A model generated the notes under the pieces. The model was not told where the DNA came from and did no database searches. It was given only the letters and a program-made list of their open reading frames with translations. From an uncultured Planctomycetaceae bacterium (GTDB lineage: Bacteria > Planctomycetota > Phycisphaerae > SM23-33), in assembly GCA_964631565.1 (NCBI GenBank), contig CAZVYJ010000008.1:12192-76191 (forward strand): 64,000 nucleotides of DNA, in the 5' to 3' direction. Made by a program: the position numbers and the translations under genes. Shown here one piece after another: positions 10,014 through 19,394 of this stretch (position 1 is the stretch's first letter; each line of letters starts with the position of its first letter).

Positions 10014-11072
10014 ATGATCTTAAACTCGATATTAGGTCTGTTCTCGATGGACATGGGCATCGATCTGGGCACCTGCAACACGCTGGTGTGCGTGCGTGGA
10101 CAGGGTATCGTCCTGAACGAGCCGTCGGTAGTCGCCGTGAAACGCGGCACCAACAGGGTGCTCCAGAACGGCAACGCGGTCGGCGTGGTCGCCAAGGAAA
10201 TGCTCGGCAAGACCCCGGGTTCTATCAGCGCAATCAGACCGATGAAAGACGGCGTCATCGCCGACTTCGATATCACCGAGGCGATGCTCAGCTACTTTAT
10301 CCGCAAGGTTCACCAGCGGCGTTCCGTGCTGGGGCTGCGGCCTCGCGTGGTAATCGCCATTCCGTCCGGCATTACCGCAGTCGAAAAGCGGGCCGTGCTT
10401 AACTCCGCAGAGCGGGCGGGCGCCAGGCGAGTGTACCTCGTCGATGAGCCGATGGCCTGCGGCATCGGGGCCGGACTGCCGATTACCGAGCCGACAGCCT
10501 CCATGATCGTGGACATCGGCGGCGGAACCACCGAAGTGGCGATAATGTCCTTGGCCGACATTTCAGTGTGCGAATCCATCCGCGTCGCCGGCGACGACAT
10601 GGACGAAGCCATCTCCGCTCACATGAAACGCACCTACAACCTGATGATCGGTGAGCAGACGGCGGAGAAGATCAAAATCGAAATCGGCTCGGCAGCTCCC
10701 ATGAACCAGGAAATGACCATGGAAGTAAGAGGCCGCGACATGATATCCGGCCTGCCGAGAAAAACGATTATCTCGTCCGAGGAAGTCCGCGAAGCCCTCA
10801 AGGAGCCTGTCGGCGCCATCATCGACTGCGTGGTCCGGACGCTCGAAAAAGCAGAGCCAGAACTTGCCGCGGACCTGGTGGACAACGGCATCGTCCTTGC
10901 CGGTGGCGGGTCGCTGCTGAAGGGCATCGATACCGTGCTTTCCAACGCGACTGGCCTGGACGTCCGCATCGCCGAAGACCCGCTTACATGCGTGGCGCGC
11001 GGGACGGCTGTCTATCTGGAGAACCTCGAAATCTGGAAAGACACGATGGAGTCCGACGAGGACGAATTCTGA
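10014..11072 (+). CDS. mreB: Rod shape-determining protein MreB (actin homologue)
   Basis: MILNSILGLFSMDMGIDLGTCNTLVCVRGQGIVLNEPSVVAV matches the MreB N-terminus, and DIGGGTTEVA is the actin-fold phosphate-2 motif. Alternative start at 9999. Confidence 0.9.
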   Translation: MILNSILGLFSMDMGIDLGTCNTLVCVRGQGIVLNEPSVVAVKRGTNRVLQNGNAVGVVAKEMLGKTPGSISAIRPMKDGVIADFDITEAMLSYFIRKVHQRRSVLGLRPRVVIAIPSGITAVEKRAVLNSAERAGARRVYLVDEPMACGIGAGLPITEPTASMIVDIGGGTTEVAIMSLADISVCESIRVAGDDMDEAISAHMKRTYNLMIGEQTAEKIKIEIGSAAPMNQEMTMEVRGRDMISGLPRKTIISSEEVREALKEPVGAIIDCVVRTLEKAEPELAADLVDNGIVLAGGGSLLKGIDTVLSNATGLDVRIAEDPLTCVARGTAVYLENLEIWKDTMESDEDEF

Positions 11073-11120
11073 CAGATACCGAATCGCCCCTTTTCCCCGG
11101 AAATATTTGTTTGTATTTAA

Positions 11121-11144
11121 CCCCCCGTTGCTTGCAACGGGGGG
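11121..11144. terminator. GC-rich hairpin (CCCCCCGTTGC/GCAACGGGGGG) between convergent mreB and cinA. A second copy of the same GGGGGCTATAT-flanked hairpin lies at 11183-11216.
   Basis: Perfect inverted repeat seen directly. It is followed by GGGGGCTATAT, as is the second hairpin. Probable terminator for cinA (minus strand), A/T-rich on that side. Confidence 0.4.
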
Positions 11145-11182
11145 CTATATAGAAATCGTACGAACCTCCCCATTTTGCGGAA

Positions 11183-11216
11183 CCCCGGTCGCTCGCGACC
11201 GGGGGCTATATTTTTT
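11183..11216 (+). terminator. Rho-independent terminator downstream of mreB
   Basis: Hairpin CCCCGGTCGC-tc-GCGACCGGGG followed by GCTATATTTTTT. Confidence 0.55.
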
Positions 11217-11250
11217 CCTTCCCAAACACCGGAATTTTGCCGCGTGGAAT

Positions 11251-12495
11251 CTATTTCTTCAACAGGGCGAGGCGGACGAGATTAAGTGCGAACTGCGAGG
11301 TGCGAAGACGCACTATTTCACGTGTTCCCGGGAAAATATTTTTATGGACTTCCACGCCGCCATCGGGCGAGGCTATGGCTATATAGACCAGCCCGACGGG
11401 CTTTTCAGCAGTTCCGCCGGCCGGGCCTGCGATTCCTGTGACGCTGATAGCCCAGTCGCTGCCGAACCGCCTTCTGCAGCCGGCCGCCATGGCGGTTGCC
11501 ACTTCTTCGCTGACTGCGCCGTGAGATTCAATCAGTGCCGGCTCAACGAAGAGCAGATCGGACTTTATTTTGTTTGAATATACCACGGCGCCGCCGAGGT
11601 AATAGCTGCTTGAGCCAGGCGTGTCGGTAATCAGCTTGCCGATAAACCCGCCGGTGCAGCTTTCCGCGGTAGCCAGGGTCTGGCCGCGTTTTTTCAATGA
11701 TTCACCGACGGCGGAGCTGAGAGTGTCGTCGCCTTCGCCGACAACCAACTCGCCCAGTCTGGCGCGGATTTCATCTGCGATTTTCCTGATTTGCCGCCTG
11801 GCCGTAATTTCGTCGGCCGCCCGCGACGCAATTCGCAGCGAGACCATGCCTGCATGCACCGTAATGCCGACCGTGACCGCGCCCTGCAGACGCATCAAAT
11901 CGGCGACGGCTGCGCCGATATCCGACTCGCCTTTACCGAACACATGCACCTCGTGCCTGAGCACAACACCTTTCGCGGCGGGCAGCAGGGGGCATACGCC
12001 GTTGGCGAACATGGCCTCCATTTCCATCGGCACTCCGGGCAGAAGGAATATCCTGCTCCGGCCTATGCTGGCGGCGATGCCCGGAGCGGTGCCCATATCA
12101 TTGTCGATGGCCTTCGCCCCGGCCGGGACCATCGCCTGCACGCGGTTGACGTCGGACATTTTCCAGCCGCGACGGGCGAAAAATTTCTCGATGCGGTCGA
12201 GGCTTCTTGTGTCCGTGACAAGCTCGACGCCCATTGCGTCGGCGAGGGCCTGGCGGGTCATGTCATCCACGGTCGGGCCAAGCCCGCCGGTGACAATCAC
12301 CACTTCGGCCCGGCCGGCCGCCAGGGATATCGCATCGGCGATATCCCTGAGATTGTCGCCGACGGTAAAGTGAGCGTCGGTTTCGATACCGTGCTCGGCC
12401 AGTTTGCGGGAAAGATATGCGATGTTGGAATCCACCGTCTGTCCGGATATCAGTTCGGTTCCTACGGATATTACGACGGCTCTCATACTTTTCAT
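11251..12495 (-). CDS. cinA: Competence/damage-inducible protein CinA (MoCF-biosynthesis domain + CinA C-terminal domain)
   Basis: MKSMRAVVISVGTELISGQTVDSNIAYLS...VIVTGGLGPTVDDMTRQALA matches the CinA/MoaB-like N-domain. The C-terminal domain matches CinA-C (nicotinamide-nucleotide amidase-like). Start trimmed to MKSM. Confidence 0.85.
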   Translation of the reverse strand: MKSMRAVVISVGTELISGQTVDSNIAYLSRKLAEHGIETDAHFTVGDNLRDIADAISLAAGRAEVVIVTGGLGPTVDDMTRQALADAMGVELVTDTRSLDRIEKFFARRGWKMSDVNRVQAMVPAGAKAIDNDMGTAPGIAASIGRSRIFLLPGVPMEMEAMFANGVCPLLPAAKGVVLRHEVHVFGKGESDIGAAVADLMRLQGAVTVGITVHAGMVSLRIASRAADEITARRQIRKIADEIRARLGELVVGEGDDTLSSAVGESLKKRGQTLATAESCTGGFIGKLITDTPGSSSYYLGGAVVYSNKIKSDLLFVEPALIESHGAVSEEVATAMAAGCRRRFGSDWAISVTGIAGPAGGTAEKPVGLVYIAIASPDGGVEVHKNIFPGTREIVRLRTSQFALNLVRLALLKK

Positions 12496-12845
12496 ACTAT
12501 GGGTCCTTCCTGCAGCGGGAGGCGGCAGTGGGGGCACAGCCTGACGCCGCCGGTTTTTTCAATCAGCCCGGCCTGGATTATATGACCGCAGTGCGGGCAA
12601 CGATCAGCGAAACTGGAAGCGGTGTTTTTTTTCGACTGCCCCGCCGAAAGCCTCGGCCTGAAGTATTCGTAATTGAACAGAATCATCGCCGGGATGGCCG
12701 TGAACAGAATGCTTATGAAGAACCAGAAGAATGGGTTGCGGCCTATTTTCCCAGCGTGCATGGCGACGCGAACGCTGGCCAGAATATATACTGCGATAAG
12801 TGCGGCAATATACCACCACTGTTCATTTGTGATTTTTGCAATCAT
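12492..12845 (-). CDS. Membrane protein with C-terminal zinc-ribbon (CPHCG...CPHC)
   Basis: MIAKITNEQWWYIAALIAVYILASV has two TM helices. The C-terminal CPHCGHII...CPHCRLP is a 4-Cys ribbon. Its stop overlaps the cinA start (ATGA). Confidence 0.45.
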   Translation of the reverse strand: MIAKITNEQWWYIAALIAVYILASVRVAMHAGKIGRNPFFWFFISILFTAIPAMILFNYEYFRPRLSAGQSKKNTASSFADRCPHCGHIIQAGLIEKTGGVRLCPHCRLPLQEGPIV

Positions 12846-12894
12846 TGGAGATATATTAGCGGCTGGGAGGCGAACAGTTAATAATGAAAACCCG

Positions 12895-13156
12895 CTACCG
12901 CCCGACAAGTTCGGGATGCAGTTTGGCCGACAGGGCGAATCTCTCCCAGCTGTAGCTGCCGCACTTCGGACAGCAGCCGTCCGGCGGGATGCGATCCGGG
13001 CAGTATCCGCAGCAGTGGCAATTCACCAAGACAACCTTTTTTCCGGCGTTGCTGGGCGGCACTCGCATAAGCAGGCGCCGCAGGCTGCCTCTATCCCTGC
13101 GGTGTTTACGCGGCAAGGATGTTTTCTGTCTTGATACCCGGTATGGATGGGCCATG
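12895..13156 (-). CDS. Small basic Cys-rich protein (hypothetical)
   Basis: MAHPYRVSRQKTSLPRKHRRDRG... then CHCCGYCPDRIPPDGCCPKCGSY. GAGG Shine-Dalgarno 8 nt upstream of the ATG at 13156. Confidence 0.35.
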
Positions 13157-13325
13157 GCGTTAACCTCATGCAAACTCACCGCTAAACGTAAGATACGCAC
13201 CGATCATGCCTTCATATTATTTCTACGCTGAGGAACCCCGTCAGGATGGCGAAAACCCAACATATTTATTACAAAAGTGTTGCGTTCGCGGCGTCGGCAG
13301 ACATTTGGCTAAATAAGGATTCTCT

Positions 13326-13353
13326 TGCGCAACAGGCTTGGCTGCGGCTTACA
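13326..13353 (+). promoter_or_regulatory. Candidate sigma-70 promoter (TTGGCT-N16-TATAAT) upstream of the 13478 lipoprotein gene
   Basis: Near-consensus -35 and -10 hexamers with a 16-nt spacer, seen directly. No expression data. Confidence 0.35.
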
Positions 13354-13477
13354 GACATGTATAATGTCCACTTCCGCGGCAAAACAGATACACAAGGATA
13401 TTGCCGTAAATAGATAGGATGTTTGCAAATGGCCGCCCACGTTCAGTAAAAGGACGGCCGATTTTAAGGGTTAAGAA

Positions 13478-13972
13478 TTGGCGTCTGATTCAGTCAGGTA
13501 CAACCTGTCGATATGCTTATTACTCGCTGTCGCTCTTCTGTGCGGCTGCGCGGGGCCTATATATTCCAACGTTGACAAGGCGCCGGCCGCCGCCATTACG
13601 CCAAAGAACGAATGGGTTATTACGGGCGATCTGAAAAACCCGGCAAACATGTCCGATTCCAATGTCGGCACGTACTCTGTCAGTGAAGATGACTATCAGA
13701 ACGCGGTGGTGAACATTGACCTAAAGACCCCGTGCATGTTCAACACTGTCATAATAGATCACGGCCCGGCGAAAGAGAACGGTTACTGCCGGCGCGTCGT
13801 GGTGCTGGTCAGCAATAACGGCAGGGATTACAAGAAAGTGCATTCCGTCCCGGGCACGAAACGCGTTACGTTCGTCAGCTTCATCACGCCGGTTCTGGCG
13901 AGATATGTCCGGCTTCAGGCAGTCGTGCCCGGCAATGAGCCGTGGGCGATTGCTGAAATATATCTGAGATAA
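13478..13972 (+). CDS. Lipoprotein with galactose-binding-like / discoidin-like beta-sandwich domain (weak)
   Basis: Signal peptide plus lipobox LLCGCAG. The 130-aa C-terminal region has a beta-rich composition (...VVLVSNNGRDYKKVHSV...ARYVRLQAV...AIAEIYL) reminiscent of F5/8 type C domains. Confidence 0.5.
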   Translation: MASDSVRYNLSICLLLAVALLCGCAGPIYSNVDKAPAAAITPKNEWVITGDLKNPANMSDSNVGTYSVSEDDYQNAVVNIDLKTPCMFNTVIIDHGPAKENGYCRRVVVLVSNNGRDYKKVHSVPGTKRVTFVSFITPVLARYVRLQAVVPGNEPWAIAEIYLR

Positions 13973-13995
13973 CTCGTGCAGCAACGCTGCTCTGT

Positions 13996-14406
13996 TTGCT
14001 AGGAGTCGCCATGTCAGATAATGACAGACAAACCGTTTCGCCGGCAGGCGACGGCAAATATCTTCTTCTGGTCGGGGGCATACTGCTGGTTATTGTTTTG
14101 ACGCTGGCGGTTCTGTGGCAACTTGAGCGGCACCGCAGGATATCAGCACAGGAAAAATTCACGAATTGCGCGGAGGAGCTGAACAAGGCGAATCTTTATT
14201 CTGAAATGCTCAGCCGGGCGAATAAGGCTATCGAATCGGTCGGCGTTGACAGGGAAAACCTCACTTCCCGTCAGGTCGATCTGGACGGCCGGCCGCGAAA
14301 ACTTTTCCGCATAAGCGCCGCTGCGGGCGAGAAAATGGGGTTTCTGCCCGGCGATCTCGTGGAGATTGATAACCCGCCTCCGGACTCGGCGCCCGAAGAG
14401 CATTAG
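13996..14406 (+). CDS. Hypothetical single-pass membrane protein
   Basis: 136 aa, TM YLLLVGGILLVIVLTLAVLW. No recognised domain. Confidence 0.4.
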   Translation: MLGVAMSDNDRQTVSPAGDGKYLLLVGGILLVIVLTLAVLWQLERHRRISAQEKFTNCAEELNKANLYSEMLSRANKAIESVGVDRENLTSRQVDLDGRPRKLFRISAAAGEKMGFLPGDLVEIDNPPPDSAPEEH

Positions 14407-14487
14407 TGTTTCGGACGCATACTTGCTGATGAGTGCACTTAGGGGGTATCATGCCGGCATCTGTCCGGCTATTTCGGCATATTCGGC

Positions 14488-15468
14488 ATGAAGATTACCC
14501 GCAAACTCAATAAAAAATGGCTGCTTGCAGGGCTTCTGACAGCTTCGTTTTTTACTGCGCTGCTGGGGCCTGATTTTTCGGGCATAATTCGCAGTCATCT
14601 CGAATGGGTTTATGTCCCGATAGGCGATCCTGTAATGTGGCTGGCGACAACGGTACGGTCGAGCTTCTCCGGCGACTCCGACGAAGCCGCTCAGCGCGAG
14701 ATAAACGCCCTCAAGCATGAGCGTGACGAGGCGTACAGCCTTCTCGATAAGTTTCTTGAACAGTATTACGGCGAGCGGGAGTTTCGCAAGCTGTACGGCC
14801 TGTCTATGGACTCGCCGATTGAACTTATGCCGGCGAGGGTGGTGTCGGCCGATTCGCTTCCTTACGGATCGATGCGCCTGCTGAATATAGGCAGGAACAA
14901 GGGCGCAATGCCCGGCCTGAAGGTTACCGAACGTATCATCCTGACCGGCCAGAATGAGCCAATGCGAAACGACCTGTTGGCGGTCACGAGGACTTCACTT
15001 GCAGGCCAGATTATCCAGGCCGGTCCATTCACCGCAAAGCTGCAGCTGGTTACGGACCAGGGTTTCAAAACAAGAGGCTGGATAATCCGCCGGTTGAAAG
15101 AAGGCAGAAAGTTCATTTCCACAGAAGCGGGCAATGCCGGCGAAAGGCTGCTTACTCAAAACAACAATCTTCCGATTGCCGCAAATGCGCAGGGCGACGG
15201 CAAGGGCGGATTGATTATCCGGAACATTTCTGACGAGCACCGCATCATGGCCGGCGACAGTCTTATAACATCCGATGACGACGCACTCATGCCGATTTCG
15301 GTTCGCATAGGAACGGTATCGCAGGTCGAGAAAGACCCCCGGCATCCGGGGTTTGTGATAATCACGGTCAAACCCGATGTGGATATGGATTCGCTCCGTT
15401 ATGTATACGTGGTCGTATCAAAGGCCGGCAGGTTCCTGGAAAAAACCGTCAGCGGGGGGCACAACTGA
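14488..15468 (+). CDS. mreC: Rod shape-determining protein MreC
   Basis: N-terminal TM, a coiled-coil segment (EAAQREINALKHERDEAYSLL), then a beta-rich periplasmic domain. Immediately followed by mreD with a 1-nt overlap. Confidence 0.8.
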   Translation: MKITRKLNKKWLLAGLLTASFFTALLGPDFSGIIRSHLEWVYVPIGDPVMWLATTVRSSFSGDSDEAAQREINALKHERDEAYSLLDKFLEQYYGEREFRKLYGLSMDSPIELMPARVVSADSLPYGSMRLLNIGRNKGAMPGLKVTERIILTGQNEPMRNDLLAVTRTSLAGQIIQAGPFTAKLQLVTDQGFKTRGWIIRRLKEGRKFISTEAGNAGERLLTQNNNLPIAANAQGDGKGGLIIRNISDEHRIMAGDSLITSDDDALMPISVRIGTVSQVEKDPRHPGFVIITVKPDVDMDSLRYVYVVVSKAGRFLEKTVSGGHN

Positions 15469-16028
15469 TGCGATGGGTGTTTTTCTTCATCCTTGCCGCG
15501 GTGTTTATTATCGTCCAGGTAACGCTGGTGCGGATGGTGGTCGTCCGCACGGACCAGTTCGGCCTGGTCGGGCCTGACCTGCTCGTGCTGCTGGCGGTAG
15601 TTATCGCAGTTAACGTCCGGTCATCGGTTGACGCCATGCTGGCGGCGTGGGTGCTCGGTTTCCTGCTGGATATCACCACTTCCGGCGGTCCGGGCGGTCA
15701 GACCGTGGTAGGGCCGATGGCAATCTCGTATGCGGCTGCAGCGTTCTTCATTTACCGTGTCCGCGAGGCTTTCTTCCGTGAAAGGTGGAGCATACAGGCG
15801 CTTTTTGCGGCCGTGTTCTGCCTCATTACGCAATGGCTCTGGCTGACCGCCCAGTCGCTGCTGACCGGCGATGTCAAAATGTCGGCATATCTTTCGATGC
15901 TCGTCAAGGCTATGCTTGTTTCACTTTATACGGGTCTGGCGATGATTTTGCTGAATCCTGTTGTATCATGGTGTAATCAGTTGCTGATAGTGACCCCAAA
16001 GGGCAGAACCAGACGCAGCGGCAGGTAA
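15468..16028 (+). CDS. mreD: Rod shape-determining protein MreD
   Basis: 186-aa polytopic membrane protein. Sits in the mreC-mreD-mrdA-rodA context. Confidence 0.75.
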   Translation: MRWVFFFILAAVFIIVQVTLVRMVVVRTDQFGLVGPDLLVLLAVVIAVNVRSSVDAMLAAWVLGFLLDITTSGGPGGQTVVGPMAISYAAAAFFIYRVREAFFRERWSIQALFAAVFCLITQWLWLTAQSLLTGDVKMSAYLSMLVKAMLVSLYTGLAMILLNPVVSWCNQLLIVTPKGRTRRSGR

Positions 16029-16073
16029 ATCAGCTGCTTTTGTCCTCCAGGGCGATTTTCGTCGGGTTCGGGC

Positions 16074-17993
16074 ATGTATAAGAAAAGAATAATCATTTTC
16101 CTCAGCATCATCATGCTGATGTCCCTTGCAATAGCGGGTCGGCTGTGGGATCTGCAGTTTGTCCAGGGCGAACACTGGATCGAAGTCGCCGAGAATATGC
16201 TGCAGGATACCGATCTTCTTCCGGCTGAACGCGGCAAAATCACGGACCGCAACGGCAATATCCTGGCGATGGACAAAAGCTGTATCGAGCTGTGCCTTGA
16301 TTACCGGTTCATCACACTCGACGACCGGACCGCCCGGCAGGATGAATGGCTGGACAGGCAGATAACGCTGTGGCGCAATGCCCGCCTGAAGGAAATCCGC
16401 AACTCAAAGGGCGTGGACGCAGCTGAGGCCAGAGAAATTTTCGCTGAGAGACAGGCCCGCACGTGGGAGATAGTCCGGGAAATGACTGCCGCAGGCGGCG
16501 TTGACCTGGACAGTGAAATAGACCGCATAAAGAGCCGCATCCGTGCCGTGAGAGACCTCATCAAGATGCCTTCGCATCTCGAAACCCAGTCGCACATGAT
16601 AATGCTCCTTGACGAGATGCCCGCGGAGGATATTGAAGAAACCGTCGGGCTTGTTTTTCGTCCCAGCACGAAGCGGCTGTATTACCACAACAGCGCCTGC
16701 CACATAGTAGGCGTGGTAGGTCAGGTAAATGATAATGAAATGTCGGAGTATAACATTTCTGAAGGCAAGGCCGACAGGCTGACGCGGATGCTGAATAACT
16801 ATCTGCCGGGCGATTGCATCGGCAAGATGGGCGTCGAGAAGATGTGCGAGTCACGCCTGCGCGGCAAGCGGGGCTTCATCCGCTATCGCCGCGACGGCAG
16901 CAATGAAGAACTGCTCGGCGAGCAGGCGGTCAGCGGTCAGGATGTTCGGCTGACTCTGGATATAGAACTTCAGAATACCCTTGCCGAAAAATTTGAAGAA
17001 CTCAACGCGAAGGGCTGCGCAATCGTTCTCGACGTGCCGACGGGCGAAATACTCGCCATGGTTTCCATTCCGACTTACGACCTGAACCTTTACAAAAGCG
17101 ATAAGACTTACTACCAGTCTAAAGTGGAGGATACCGCAAATCTGCCGCTTCTCCACAGGGCGATAAGCGTGCTGTACCCGCCGGGTTCGTCGGTCAAGCC
17201 GATGACAGCCATCGCCGGCCTGAGCAGCGGAGTCATTACGCCTTCGACCGTTTTCAATTGCCGCGGGTATTTCCGCGATCCGCTGGCCGAAGTCTTCAGA
17301 TGTCACAACAGAAATGGGCACGGCCCGCTGGATATGTATGAAGCTTTGCAGAAAAGCTGCAACATTTATTTCGAGGAAATAGGCGAGCGTCTCGGCGCAG
17401 CGAGACTGACGGCCTACTTCAGCCTGTTCGGCATAGACCAGAAGCCGGGCACGGGCCTGCCGGGCGAAAAAACCGGCATATTGCCTACGGAGGAATACAT
17501 ACTCCGGCGTTACAATCGCCATTCGTACCTTCCTGCCGACGCCAGATTCATGTCCATAGGGCAGGTGGTTATAGAAGCCACACCGCTGCACATAGCCAAC
17601 GTAATGGCGACCATCGCACGTAACGGTGAGTTCTATTCGCCGATCATAACCCGCAACGGCGGGCCTGAGCAGGTCAGGCAGCTTCTGCCGCTGGCTCCGC
17701 AGCATCTGGCTGCCGTGCGGAAGGGCATGTACATGGTGGTCAACGAGCCGGGCGGCACGGCTTATAACAAAATAGCCACCAGAACCGTATTCTGCGGCAA
17801 GACCGGCACGGCCGAGACGAGCATCAACAACAGTTCGATGTCGTGGTTTGCCGGGTTCGCTCCTTATAACAGTCCGCGTGTTGCGTTCGTGGTGATTATC
17901 GAGCATGCTGACGACCCCGAAGAACTGCAGTACAAGTTCAAGGTCATGCAGACACTGATGGATAAATGCGAGGAACTCGGATACCTCCCGTAG
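16074..17993 (+). CDS. mrdA: Penicillin-binding protein 2 (elongasome transpeptidase)
   Basis: N-terminal TM plus dimerisation domain. Transpeptidase motifs are SSVKP (SxxK) and KTGTAE (KTG). Confidence 0.9.
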   Translation: MYKKRIIIFLSIIMLMSLAIAGRLWDLQFVQGEHWIEVAENMLQDTDLLPAERGKITDRNGNILAMDKSCIELCLDYRFITLDDRTARQDEWLDRQITLWRNARLKEIRNSKGVDAAEAREIFAERQARTWEIVREMTAAGGVDLDSEIDRIKSRIRAVRDLIKMPSHLETQSHMIMLLDEMPAEDIEETVGLVFRPSTKRLYYHNSACHIVGVVGQVNDNEMSEYNISEGKADRLTRMLNNYLPGDCIGKMGVEKMCESRLRGKRGFIRYRRDGSNEELLGEQAVSGQDVRLTLDIELQNTLAEKFEELNAKGCAIVLDVPTGEILAMVSIPTYDLNLYKSDKTYYQSKVEDTANLPLLHRAISVLYPPGSSVKPMTAIAGLSSGVITPSTVFNCRGYFRDPLAEVFRCHNRNGHGPLDMYEALQKSCNIYFEEIGERLGAARLTAYFSLFGIDQKPGTGLPGEKTGILPTEEYILRRYNRHSYLPADARFMSIGQVVIEATPLHIANVMATIARNGEFYSPIITRNGGPEQVRQLLPLAPQHLAAVRKGMYMVVNEPGGTAYNKIATRTVFCGKTGTAETSINNSSMSWFAGFAPYNSPRVAFVVIIEHADDPEELQYKFKVMQTLMDKCEELGYLP

Positions 17994-18011
17994 TACCCGA
18001 GCAACAGGACC

Positions 18012-19394
18012 ATGCTGGAAACTTTCAGGCGATATCTCAAATATACAAGCTGGCCCATCATCGCCGCCATGCTCACGCTGCTGGCCATAGGGATAGTGTC
18101 CATACGCTGCTCGGAGAAGGTTGACCCGTCGCTTCAGGGTCACTCCGCCAAGCAGATGGCCTTCGCCTGCGCCGGACTGATATGTTTTGTCATTTTCACC
18201 GTGATTCCGTACCGGCGCATCGGACAGTACGCATACGCGATTTTCGGCGCCACCCTCGTGGTGCTCGTGATGCTCCTGCTGCCTCGATATATCGGCTCAA
18301 ACGGCCTGATCGACTCAGTCATGCCGGAAATCCGCGGCGCGAGGCGGTGGATAAACATGGGGCCGGTCAAGCTTCAGCCCTCTGAAATCGCCAAGCTCAG
18401 TTTCATTATTCTTCTGGCGTGGTATCTGCGATTCGGCGACCACTATCGCCATTTTCGCGGGCTGGCCGTTTCGTTCATCCTCACGATCGTGCCGATGGGG
18501 CTGATTCTCAAAGAGCCGGACCTCGGTACGGCGCTGCTGTTTCTGCCGACGCTGTATTTCATGCTTTTCATGGCCGGCGCCAGGATGAAACACCTGCTGA
18601 CCGTCGTAGTCGTCGCAACCGTGTTGGTCCTGCTGCCCATACCGCAAAAGCAGTCGAACCTGTCCGGGCAAAAGGCCAAACTTCTGCCGTCCGTCGCGTA
18701 CTTCACGTTCGGGAGCGATGAAAACAAATATATCGTCACTGCTGCTCCGCTGGCAGTCATGGAGCAGCACCAGATAGAGCGTATCGTCGGCTGGCTGAGG
18801 CAGGATTCGCCCGAAATATCGGGCAACATGGGCTATCAGCTTTATCACTCGAAGATGGTTCTCGGCTCGGGCCAGATGAGCGGCCGAGGCGGCATGGAAG
18901 AAGGCAACTACTACATCCGCATGCTGCCTGACGACCATACCGACTTCATATTCAGCGTAATCGGCGGGCAGTGGGGGTTCCTCGGATGCATGGCTGTGCT
19001 TTTCCTTTACGGCGTGATATTCGTGTTCGGCGTGGAAATCGCCACCATAACCTACGACCCGTTCGCCCGCCTGCTGGCCGTGGGGGTGCTGGCGCTGCTG
19101 TTTTCGCAGCTTTTCATCAATGTTGGCATGACAATGGGGCTTATGCCGATAACCGGCATGACACTGCCGATGATAAGCTACGGAGGCACGTCGCTGGTTA
19201 TCAACTGCATCGCGCTCGGGCTGCTGATAAACGTCGGCCAGCGACGGCCGATACTGCTGGCCAAGCGGCCTTTCGAGTACGGCCCGAAGCGGCAGAAGCT
19301 CATGCCGGCCGAGAAGGACAATATGGTTCACCGGAGAAACCATAAATTGAAAAAAGTCGGAGCTGAAACCGGCTGGGGCGATACCCAACCATAA
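18012..19394 (+). CDS. rodA: Rod shape-determining SEDS glycosyltransferase RodA
   Basis: FtsW/RodA/SpoVE family with ~10 TM segments. Conserved C-terminal GMTLPMISYGGTSL. Follows mrdA. Confidence 0.9.
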   Translation: MLETFRRYLKYTSWPIIAAMLTLLAIGIVSIRCSEKVDPSLQGHSAKQMAFACAGLICFVIFTVIPYRRIGQYAYAIFGATLVVLVMLLLPRYIGSNGLIDSVMPEIRGARRWINMGPVKLQPSEIAKLSFIILLAWYLRFGDHYRHFRGLAVSFILTIVPMGLILKEPDLGTALLFLPTLYFMLFMAGARMKHLLTVVVVATVLVLLPIPQKQSNLSGQKAKLLPSVAYFTFGSDENKYIVTAAPLAVMEQHQIERIVGWLRQDSPEISGNMGYQLYHSKMVLGSGQMSGRGGMEEGNYYIRMLPDDHTDFIFSVIGGQWGFLGCMAVLFLYGVIFVFGVEIATITYDPFARLLAVGVLALLFSQLFINVGMTMGLMPITGMTLPMISYGGTSLVINCIALGLLINVGQRRPILLAKRPFEYGPKRQKLMPAEKDNMVHRRNHKLKKVGAETGWGDTQP

